The notes below the pieces were generated by a model, which was not told the DNA's origin, did not search any database, and saw nothing but the letters and a program-made list of their open reading frames with translations. The position numbers were made by a program, and so were the translations under genes. From an uncultured Clostridia bacterium (GTDB taxonomy: Bacteria; Bacillota; Clostridia; Christensenellales; UBA3700), in the NCBI GenBank assembly GCA_945872615.1, contig CAMBZZ010000001.1:90701-154700 (forward strand): a stretch of DNA of 64,000 nt, given 5' to 3'. Shown here piece by piece: positions 10,605 through 17,649 of this stretch (positions within the stretch are counted from its first letter, which is position 1; each line of letters starts with the position of its first letter).

Positions 10605-11021
10605 ATGAAAAAATCAACCGTTATCGTTAGTCTTTTGGCAATAGTTACGATAGTTTTGGCAAGTATATTGCTATACGGCGTCGCAACCCACCCCCCAATC
10701 GACAAACTAGTAGAGTTGGACGGCATAGAAAAAGTGCAAGTCACCCTTTTTTCTTGTTCCCCCGACGATAATATCCAATTCCAACTTTCTTCTACCGACG
10801 TCCAACTATTCGTTGCAATATTGCAATCTAGCCAAGTCAAAGCGTGTGGCAATCCTCACCTTGACGGTGGTGTCTACCGTATCAACCTCATAGGCGCGCA
10901 AAAGGAACAATCCATCTCCATTTTAGGTCAATATATGATACTCGGCGGCAAATACTACCGCATCGGGGACGCTGCCCACACGTTGCTCAGTTCTTGCCTA
11001 CAAGACATGCTTGCGCAATAA
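10605..11021 (+). CDS. Hypothetical membrane-anchored protein, paralog 2
   Basis: 138 aa with a GAGGT RBS and an N-terminal TM helix. Paralog of the ORF at 9616-10032. Confidence 0.7.
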   Translation: MKKSTVIVSLLAIVTIVLASILLYGVATHPPIDKLVELDGIEKVQVTLFSCSPDDNIQFQLSSTDVQLFVAILQSSQVKACGNPHLDGGVYRINLIGAQKEQSISILGQYMILGGKYYRIGDAAHTLLSSCLQDMLAQ

Positions 11022-11083
11022 TCGCACAAATCCAACGTCATTACTTTTACGTCATGCGGTGTATCGTAGACAATAGTTGTGGC

Positions 11084-11552
11084 GTCATTGTGCTGTGTAC
11101 GTTTAGCATTAGCAAAGATATTACTTGCAATACTGTGGCAATCTCGTGTATCTTGTCATTCCGAGGACATTTATGTCCGTGGGAATCTCATCCCTAGGGG
11201 ATTATTCCAATCTCTCCTCCTTCTACTCGCACCTTTGCCGTCAAAAGGTTGTATGTCATTCCGCTGTGTATGTTTTGCATTAGCAAAGGCTATAAATAGC
11301 CGCGGCAATCTCAATCCATATAAAAAGCCGTCCCTGTGCAAGGGAAGGGGGACCACCGTAGGTGGTGGAAGGGTTGTCTTACTCGTACCTATGCCGTCAA
11401 AAAGAATTATGTCATTCCGAGCCTTACTCGTAAGGCGTGGGAATCTCAACCTTATAAAAAGCCTCCTTTGTGTAAAGGGAGGCGTCAACGCAGTTGATGG
11501 AGGGATTGCTTGTGTCATTGCGGTGGAGCGAAGCGGAACCCCACAATCTCAC
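11084..11552 (+). repeat. Hairpin-repeat array B (7 units; the first three duplicate array A)
   Basis: Units at 11084-11145, 11155-11190, 11255-11313, 11328-11377, 11410-11449, 11461-11510 and 11514-11552. Same terminal motifs as array A. Confidence 0.85.
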
Positions 11553-11554
11553 TC

Positions 11555-11590
11555 AAAAAAAATACCCATTCCAACAAGAATGGGCTTTTT
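11555..11590. terminator. Bidirectional intrinsic terminator
   Basis: Stem CCCATTC/GAATGGG with a 6-nt loop, flanked by an A-run (11555-11562) and a T-run (11586-11590). On the minus strand it lies directly downstream of the DUF1858-like gene. Confidence 0.7.
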
Positions 11591-11610
11591 ACTATACGCT
11601 ATCGCTATTC

Positions 11611-11817
11611 TTACTCGCTCTTAGCGGCAACGTTGAGTTGCTTTACGAGGTCGTCGACGTCCACGCCGTGCACCATAGCGGCTTCTTCGACGGTTTCTCC
11701 TCTAGCCATTGCACAGCCGAAGCAATGCATACCGATAGATTGGAGAGTCGAAGCGATTGCTTCGGTATTGCCTGCTCTAAGAGCGTCTGCTATCAACATA
11801 TCTTTGGTTATTTCCAT
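11611..11817 (-). CDS. DUF1858-like small protein (hybrid-cluster-protein-associated redox disulfide domain)
   Basis: 68 aa from the ATG at 11817, preceded by an AAGGAGA RBS. Motif MHCFGCAMARGETVEEAAMVHGVD. The 105-aa ORF in the track is an upstream over-extension. Confidence 0.6.
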   Translation of the reverse strand: MEITKDMLIADALRAGNTEAIASTLQSIGMHCFGCAMARGETVEEAAMVHGVDVDDLVKQLNVAAKSE

Positions 11818-11876
11818 ATTATTCTCCTTTACTATATTGTTATAGATATTTATATTATATATTATTTTGGTAGTTT

Positions 11877-12344
11877 TTACAAGCGACTGATGAGACAACC
11901 TTCGTGCTCCTCGATCAACTCTTGCCACTTTTCATCGGTCATACACAGCGCCTTGATGCCCCAATACAGCCCGAATATCGAAGGGATACCCGTCCAACAA
12001 AAGAGCAAACTAAACACAAACCCCAGTATATTGCCTCTAAGTAGGTCGTGCGCGCCAAAGCCCCCCAGAAATATCGACAACACTCCGAATATTATCCTTT
12101 GTCTTTCCGCCGACTTTGACGACAATTTTTCCTTGGCATTGTCGATTTTTTCGCTTATCCTCTCGCCCACGTCTCCAAAGTCGAACGTCGCCTTATTGCC
12201 GCCCACGGTAAACTCCGCTTTGGGCGAATTCTTTTTTAGTTTATACCTCGTGTGGCAATACTCGCACTCGATGACGTTATTTGGCAAAACGATAAATTGA
12301 TTGGCACCGCAATTTTCGCATTTGTACTTAACTTGATTTTCCAT
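11877..12344 (-). CDS. Zinc-ribbon plus TM2-domain membrane protein
   Basis: 155 aa. N-terminal CENCG...CEYCH ribbon. The C-terminal segment FLGGFGAHDLLRGN...GIPSIFGLYWGI resembles a TM2 domain. Confidence 0.6.
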   Translation of the reverse strand: MENQVKYKCENCGANQFIVLPNNVIECEYCHTRYKLKKNSPKAEFTVGGNKATFDFGDVGERISEKIDNAKEKLSSKSAERQRIIFGVLSIFLGGFGAHDLLRGNILGFVFSLLFCWTGIPSIFGLYWGIKALCMTDEKWQELIEEHEGCLISRL

Positions 12345-12347
12345 GAC

Positions 12348-13424
12348 TTACCCCGCAAAAAACCTATACGCTATATAAGCAAGTCCCAATATAACCGCAC
12401 CGACGAAGATGCAAAAGCTTGCAATTTTTGGTGCAGATTTTGGATATTTTCCCGTCACGACGCCCGTTCTACCATTGACGTAATCGTTGTACTGCTTTTT
12501 GTTGTAATGATAACTTACAAGCCAAATCGGCACGAATATGTACTTATACTTTTTGTCTGCGTAGGTCGGATTTATCTTGACGTAATCCAACACGTCATAG
12601 TTATACTTGCTTTTTACAACTTCTTGTAGGTCGTCGTTGATAACGCCCGTGGCTTTATTCCAACACTCGTCGAGTCCCGTGCTATATCTCTCGCCTTGAT
12701 AGCCCGCCAAAAATTGCGAATGATACCCGCAAGAGTTTTTAGAGTCGAAGCCTCCCATGCCGTAGAGGTCCTTTTGCTCTATCATTTTGCTAGCCTCTAT
12801 TTGAATATCGTCGTAGGCGCGAGCGACGAAACCGCTATCCACGTACCATCTCGTTTTTTGCACGGTACGCCTATTTTTTCCGCTACCCACGGTGACGTAA
12901 TAGTGCTGACCGTATCTAATGGTATAAGGCGTACTTGCTTTGCAATCGAAGGTAAAAACGGGCAAATAAATTCCGCTCACGTCCTCTTTTTTGTTGTTTT
13001 TCTTAAACTTACTCGGAGCAAAGAGTTTTTTCTTTATCCAAGTCTTAAAGTTTTGTACCGCCGTCTCTTTAGCAACGCCGAACGGCAGAATTCCCGTAGG
13101 CTTGAGCCCCGGCAACTCGTCGGCAGATACGACGTTGTTGGCACCGCAAAACGGACAATTACCCGTCATATCATACTCGTTGAGTACGGTGACGGCGCCA
13201 CAACTTTTACATTTTACGCACTTTACATCGCCCCACGTTTCAAAGCCTTGCTCGCTGTTGTCGTCGTAGGCAATCTCAATGGCGTTGCCTACCGCCTCTA
13301 GGTCGTATTCAGAAGAGCAATGGTCACACTTAAGTTTTTTACTCGTAGGGTCGTAGTGCAAAAAGTTTCCGCAACTCTTGCATTTATAGGTGCGTGAGGT
13401 TATCGTTTTATTCTCTTCTTCCAT
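12348..13424 (-). CDS. Double zinc-ribbon membrane protein, YdjG-like
   Basis: 358 aa with CKSCG...CDHCS and CKSCG...CPFCG ribbons and a C-terminal TM helix. Its ATG overlaps the upstream stop (TAATG). Confidence 0.55.
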   Translation of the reverse strand: MEEENKTITSRTYKCKSCGNFLHYDPTSKKLKCDHCSSEYDLEAVGNAIEIAYDDNSEQGFETWGDVKCVKCKSCGAVTVLNEYDMTGNCPFCGANNVVSADELPGLKPTGILPFGVAKETAVQNFKTWIKKKLFAPSKFKKNNKKEDVSGIYLPVFTFDCKASTPYTIRYGQHYYVTVGSGKNRRTVQKTRWYVDSGFVARAYDDIQIEASKMIEQKDLYGMGGFDSKNSCGYHSQFLAGYQGERYSTGLDECWNKATGVINDDLQEVVKSKYNYDVLDYVKINPTYADKKYKYIFVPIWLVSYHYNKKQYNDYVNGRTGVVTGKYPKSAPKIASFCIFVGAVILGLAYIAYRFFAG

Positions 13425-14548
13425 TACAGTTTTTCACCACATTCAGGGCAGAACTTTGCTCCCGCTTTGACGTCGGCGCCGCACTTAGGGCATTTTACGC
13501 TACCGAGGCTCGCGCCGCACTCAGGGCAAAACTTGGCACCCTTTTTGACTGCCGTTCCGCACTTAGGGCATTTTTGAGTGCTTTCCATACTCTTGCCGCA
13601 CTCAGGGCAGAACTTAGAGCCCTTTTTGACCTTAGCGCCGCAGTTAGGACAAGTATCCTTAGCTTCCACGTCGGCGGTGCCGTTTGCGATACTGCTCATA
13701 CCGTCGGCAAAAACCTTGCCCACGCCGAGACCCGCGCCGAGACCGATACCAGCGCCTGCCAATCCTCCAGGATTTTTTGCGGCGGATTTCATTGCCTCGA
13801 TACTCTCCATCTGAGCGTATCCTTGCATAGCTCCGTTCATCACGCCCACGGAGGTACGCTTATCCATCATCTTCTCCACTTCTTCAGGCAAGGAGAGATT
13901 TTCGATAAAGAGAGCCTTGATTTCTATACCGATTTTGTCAAACTCTTCTTGCAGTTTGACCTTAGCCATATCGGTGATTTCGTCGTAATGCATAGCAAGG
14001 TCGAGCGCAGCCACTTTAGACTCCGCGATGACGTTGCTAAGAGTAGACGTGATAATCTTTTTGAAGTATTCGTCAACGTTTTTGACGGTGAGCTCGCCCA
14101 TCGAGCCAAAGAGTTCGTTCATAGCTTGAGTAGGCGTACCCACGGCAAAAGAATAGGTACCGAAGCCTCTCACTCTAATCATTCCGAAATCGTTGTCTCT
14201 CATCATCACGGGGTTAGATGTGCCCCACTTGTTGTTGATAAACTGCTTGGTGGAGATAAAGTACACGTCACCCGTGTATGGGCTTTCCCAAGCATACTTC
14301 CAACTATTGAGCGAAGTAAGGATTGGGATATTGCGCACGTCGCTTAGTTCGTATGTACCGGGACCGAATACGTCGGCAAGTTTACCCTCTTGGATAAATA
14401 GAGCCTTTTGTCCCTCTCTCACCACAAGTTGAGATTTTTTCATAATCTCTTCTTTTCTCTCAAGCGGATACTTCCACACGATAGTATTAGGATTATCGTT
14501 TTCCCATTGTATTACTTTTCTAAATTGTCTTTTTAGCCATCCAGCCAT
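13424..14548 (-). CDS. SPFH/band-7 domain protein with three C-terminal zinc ribbons (YdjI / COG4260-like)
   Basis: 374 aa with an SPFH-like core and a Gly-rich linker. The C-terminus carries three copies of CP(N/K)CG-x10-CPECG. Confidence 0.7.
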   Translation of the reverse strand: MAGWLKRQFRKVIQWENDNPNTIVWKYPLERKEEIMKKSQLVVREGQKALFIQEGKLADVFGPGTYELSDVRNIPILTSLNSWKYAWESPYTGDVYFISTKQFINNKWGTSNPVMMRDNDFGMIRVRGFGTYSFAVGTPTQAMNELFGSMGELTVKNVDEYFKKIITSTLSNVIAESKVAALDLAMHYDEITDMAKVKLQEEFDKIGIEIKALFIENLSLPEEVEKMMDKRTSVGVMNGAMQGYAQMESIEAMKSAAKNPGGLAGAGIGLGAGLGVGKVFADGMSSIANGTADVEAKDTCPNCGAKVKKGSKFCPECGKSMESTQKCPKCGTAVKKGAKFCPECGASLGSVKCPKCGADVKAGAKFCPECGEKL

Positions 14549-14673
14549 ATTTTTCTCCTCAACGCGCCTCTTGCCTCGCTTCTTTGAATAATGAACGTCA
14601 AAGCTATCCGAATAGTTGATGCCTTCATCGTCGCTAGCACGGCTTATCGCACGTTTATAAATTATCTTTTATT

Positions 14674-14702
14674 ATTATAATTCTATTTTTTCGCTCCGTC
14701 AA
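14674..14702 (-). promoter_or_regulatory. Candidate sigma-70-type promoter of the SPFH operon
   Basis: Minus strand reads TTGACG (14702-14697), a 17-nt spacer, then TATAAT (14679-14674). It lies about 120 nt upstream of the ATG at 14548. Confidence 0.6.
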
Positions 14703-14797
14703 TATTCTTACCGATTTTTTATTTTCAATATTCATTTCCAACTGCTCCATATTTTTATATACGCGTCATAAAAATATTGATAATCAAAATCCAATAT

Positions 14798-14825
14798 TTG
14801 TCACCGCGCATTTCGCGGATATATT
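14798..14825 (+). promoter_or_regulatory. Candidate promoter with an inverted repeat in the spacer
   Basis: TTGTCA (14798-14803), a 16-nt spacer containing CCGCGcatttCGCGG (14804-14818), then TATATT (14820-14825). Confidence 0.4.
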
Positions 14826-14873
14826 CCGTCAAATTGCCAACAATATAATTAGCTTATCAAAGGAGGTTGCACA

Positions 14874-14972
14874 ATGACTAAGAACAAGATGCAAAACAAG
14901 GCTACCAAAGGCTGCAAATGCAAAGCCGAAAGTACCGAAAAGAATTGCAAATGCACCAAAAGCAACGACTAA
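14874..14972 (+). CDS. Small Cys/Lys-rich peptide (32 aa), not in the ORF track
   Basis: AGGAGG at 14861-14866 lies 7 nt before the ATG. The product is MTKNKMQNKATKGCKCKAESTEKNCKCTKSND. A hairpin terminator follows at 15023-15060. Confidence 0.55.
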   Translation: MTKNKMQNKATKGCKCKAESTEKNCKCTKSND

Positions 14973-15022
14973 TGACGTTGCCTATATCGTCTAAATGACG
15001 ACTGACCACCTGATAAGTGGTA

Positions 15023-15060
15023 ATGAGGAGAGAAGACGACTTTTCTCCTCATTTTTATTT
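15023..15060 (+). terminator. Intrinsic terminator
   Basis: Stem ATGAGGAGAGAA/TTTTCTCCTCAT with a 6-nt loop, followed by TTTTATTT. Confidence 0.7.
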
Positions 15061-15075
15061 ATCTCGAAATATCAA

Positions 15076-15636
15076 CGCCCCACCTCGCACCTATTCCGTG
15101 AGAGTAACACAATATGTCGTAAGCAAAATAGGTGGCAAGACGGAGGGATAGTCCTATTACGTCATTGCGGTGGAGCGTAGCGTAACTTGGCAATCTCGTC
15201 ATCTTGTCATTCCGCTGTGTACATTTTGCGACAGCAAAGGACATTTATGTCCGTGGGAATCTCATCCCCCTTTGCAGCCTCCTTTGTGCAAAGGGAGGTG
15301 TCCGACGAAAGTCGGACGGAGGGATTGTTTTTTCATTGCGTTGCGTACGTTTTACATTTGCAAAGTGAGTAAAGCGACTGTGGCAATCTCAAGTAGTAAT
15401 GTCATTGCGAAGCCGTTAGGCTGTGGCAATCTCAATCAACAATATCATTGCCCCCAGTGCATTTTGCGTTAGCAAAGTAAGCAAAGCGAACGCGGCAATC
15501 TCAACCGCTTAAAAGCCGCCCCTGTGCAAGGGGAGGGGGACCACTGTAGGCGGTGGAAGGGTTGTCCACTTTTGTCATTACGGTGGAGCGTAACATTGTT
15601 ATGTCATTCCGTTGTGTACATTGGGAATCTCTATCC
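15076..15636 (+). repeat. Hairpin-repeat array C (about 10 units, the largest array)
   Basis: Class-1 units at 15161-15197, 15207-15264, 15333-15391, 15400-15434, 15444-15504, 15574-15593 (truncated) and 15603-15632. Class-2 units at 15277-15327 and 15515-15565. Confidence 0.85.
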
Positions 15637-15875
15637 TATTAAAAAGCCCCCTCTCACCATATCCAATTACGACAATTTCCCTTATACTCTAAGTTTTATC
15701 GCCAAAAATCAACAAAAAAGATTAAAAAAGACCTAGTTACCAAAAATAATATAACCAACGAGAAAGCAAAATAGTAAAAGAAGAGCGCAACCTTTTGGAT
15801 TGCGCAGTTCTTTATATAAGGGGGAAAATTATGAGTGATTTTGTCGGATAGGTTTCTTTTCCTATCGTCAAGGAC

Positions 15876-15904
15876 AGTATACCACTCATATTTTCCATAG
15901 TCAA
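15876..15904 (-). promoter_or_regulatory. Orphan strong promoter-like element
   Basis: Minus strand reads TTGACT (15904-15899), a 17-nt spacer, then TATACT (15881-15876). No credible CDS follows. Two hairpins and a T-run lie downstream (see findings). Confidence 0.4.
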
Positions 15905-15962
15905 TACTTTTTCGACAAACTTTCATTATTTTTTACAAAAAGTTTGATTTTATAATCTTGAT

Positions 15963-17150
15963 TTATTTCTTGATAACATTTCGTTTTACAAACTCTTTTA
16001 TTTTGACCATTGCCTTTTGCAGACTGTCTATAGAGTATGCGTAACTTATTCTTACGAAGTCCTCGCCGTTGTCTCCAAAGGCGTTTCCCGGCACCACGGC
16101 AAGCTTTTGTTCTTTGATAAGCCTACTTGCGAACTCTTCGCCGTTCATACCCAGACTACTCACTTTCGGAAAGACGTAAAAGGCTCCTCTCGGTTCAAAG
16201 GTTTCTAGTCCAATCTCGTTGAGCTCGTGCACGAGATAACGCCTACGCATATCGTACTCGTCTCTCATCTTGGTCACGTCGGCGAAGTTATTCTTCAACC
16301 CCGACTCCAATGCTTCGAGGGCGCAGTATTGAGCTGCGGTCGGAGCGCACATGATGACGTATTGATGTATCTTCAGCATTTGTTTAGTTAGAGGCTCGGG
16401 CGCACAGAAATACCCCAATCTCCAACCCGTCATAGCAAAGGCTTTGCTAAATCCGTTGATGACGATAGTTCTCTCACGCATATTAGGCAGGCTTGCGATT
16501 GAAGTATGTACCATACCGTAGGTCAATTCGCTGTAGATTTCGTCGCTTATTACCATCAAGTCGTTTTCTAGAATAATCGGAGCAATGGCTTCCAACTCCT
16601 CTTTGGTCATAATCGCGCCCGTAGGGTTGTTAGGATAAGGCAATACTATCGCCTTGGTCTTAGGCGTAATTGCTTTTTTGAGATTTTCCACGCCGAGGGC
16701 AAACTTGTCCTTCATCTCGCACTTTACGCCCACGGGCACGCCGCCCGCCATTACTACTCCGGGAGCATAAGAAACGTAGCTTGGGTCGGGTATGATAATC
16801 TCGTCGCCGGGGTCAATCAAGGAGCGGAAAGCAAGGTCGATTGCTTCGCTTGCTCCCACCGTAACCACGATTTCCTTTTCGGGGTCATAACTCAAACCGT
16901 ATCTCACGTTTTGATATTCGGCAATTCTTTTTCGTAGCGTAATCAAACCGCTGTTGGCGGTGTATTGCGTTTCGCCCTGTCTTATTGATTTGACGGCTCT
17001 CTCCCTTGCGCCCCAAGGCGTCTCGAAGTCGGGCTCACCCACTCCCAAAGATATAATATCCTTGCTGGTTGCCGCCATATCAAAAAACTTTCTTATACCG
17101 GAAGGCTTGATAGTCTTGACCTTCTCGCTTAGATATTTGTCGTAATTCAT
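15963..17150 (-). CDS. Pyridoxal-phosphate-dependent aminotransferase, class I/II (aspartate aminotransferase-like)
   Basis: 395 aa with SGIRKFFD, the SKAFAMTGWRLGY Lys motif, and NPTG. Confidence 0.85.
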   Translation of the reverse strand: MNYDKYLSEKVKTIKPSGIRKFFDMAATSKDIISLGVGEPDFETPWGARERAVKSIRQGETQYTANSGLITLRKRIAEYQNVRYGLSYDPEKEIVVTVGASEAIDLAFRSLIDPGDEIIIPDPSYVSYAPGVVMAGGVPVGVKCEMKDKFALGVENLKKAITPKTKAIVLPYPNNPTGAIMTKEELEAIAPIILENDLMVISDEIYSELTYGMVHTSIASLPNMRERTIVINGFSKAFAMTGWRLGYFCAPEPLTKQMLKIHQYVIMCAPTAAQYCALEALESGLKNNFADVTKMRDEYDMRRRYLVHELNEIGLETFEPRGAFYVFPKVSSLGMNGEEFASRLIKEQKLAVVPGNAFGDNGEDFVRISYAYSIDSLQKAMVKIKEFVKRNVIKK

Positions 17151-17635
17151 GCCATCACTTCTCTTTTCTTAGTATATTTTTTGTCTAGGATAATGCCTTC
17201 GGACTTATATTTTTTGAGTATAAAGTGGGTTGCCGTAGACAATACGTTTTCCATCACCGACAACTTCTCGGATATAAATCCCGCCACTTGTTTGATAGTC
17301 TTGCCTTCGACTATCACTACGAGGTCGTAGGCTCCGCTCATAAGGTATACGCTCGACACTTCTTCATAAGCCATAATCTCTCTTGCAATATTGTCGAAGC
17401 CGTGAGTGGATTGAGGGGTAACTTTGACTTCTATCAGCGCCGTCACGCTCTCGTCTTGCGTCAGTTCGCTATTGATTACGGCGGTGTACTTTACCAACAC
17501 TCCGCTGTCTTGCATATCCTCTATTCTCTTGGCTACTTCGCTCTCCTCCATACCGAGCATTGCCGCGATTGCGCCCGCCGAAATACGGCTGTCATTCTTC
17601 AAAATTTCCAGAATTTTTTTGTCGATGTCGTTCAT
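17147..17635 (-). CDS. Lrp/AsnC family transcriptional regulator
   Basis: 162 aa. N-terminal HTH (DKKILEILKNDSRISAGAIAAMLG) plus an AsnC-type C-terminal domain. Overlaps the aminotransferase start by 4 nt. Confidence 0.8.
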   Translation of the reverse strand: MNDIDKKILEILKNDSRISAGAIAAMLGMEESEVAKRIEDMQDSGVLVKYTAVINSELTQDESVTALIEVKVTPQSTHGFDNIAREIMAYEEVSSVYLMSGAYDLVVIVEGKTIKQVAGFISEKLSVMENVLSTATHFILKKYKSEGIILDKKYTKKREVMA

Positions 17636-17649
17636 AATTTTTCTCCTTA

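Larger units (their letters stand above)
9616..11316 (+). repeat. Tandem duplication with a 989-bp period (copy 1 at 9616-10327, copy 2 at 10605-11316)
   Basis: The two copies are offset by exactly 989 bp. The 5' thirds of the genes are diverged. From about 9806/10795 the sequence is essentially identical through the gene ends and about 290 bp of downstream hairpin repeats. Confidence 0.9.

Noticed and set aside
10005-12300. ORFs 10005-10208, 10090-10356, 10994-11197, 11079-11624, 11171-11518 (minus) and 11494-12300
   Set aside because: They are translations through hairpin-repeat arrays A and B, or antisense to the DUF1858/TM2 genes. They have no RBS. Their duplicated 'proteins' simply mirror the DNA duplication.
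13394-14347. 317-aa plus-strand ORF with repeated ALRA/ALRAEL segments
   Set aside because: It is the antisense reading of the three tandem zinc-ribbon repeats and the Gly-rich linker of the SPFH gene. The repeats are explained by the minus-strand gene.
10095-15636. CRISPR array hypothesis for the repeat clusters
   Set aside because: The units differ in length (30-62 nt) and sequence. There is no constant repeat alternating with unique spacers, and no cas genes are in the window.
14995-15736. Short ORFs 14995-15180, 15059-15244 (minus), 15170-15472, 15187-15372 and 15524-15736
   Set aside because: All run through repeat array C. They yield the Cys/Arg/Gly-rich peptides typical of translated palindromic repeats and have no start context.
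15696-15926. 76-aa minus-strand ORF
   Set aside because: It has no RBS. It starts upstream of a consensus promoter that lies inside it, and it reads through a terminator hairpin. Its hydrophobic tail is the translation of a T-rich tract.
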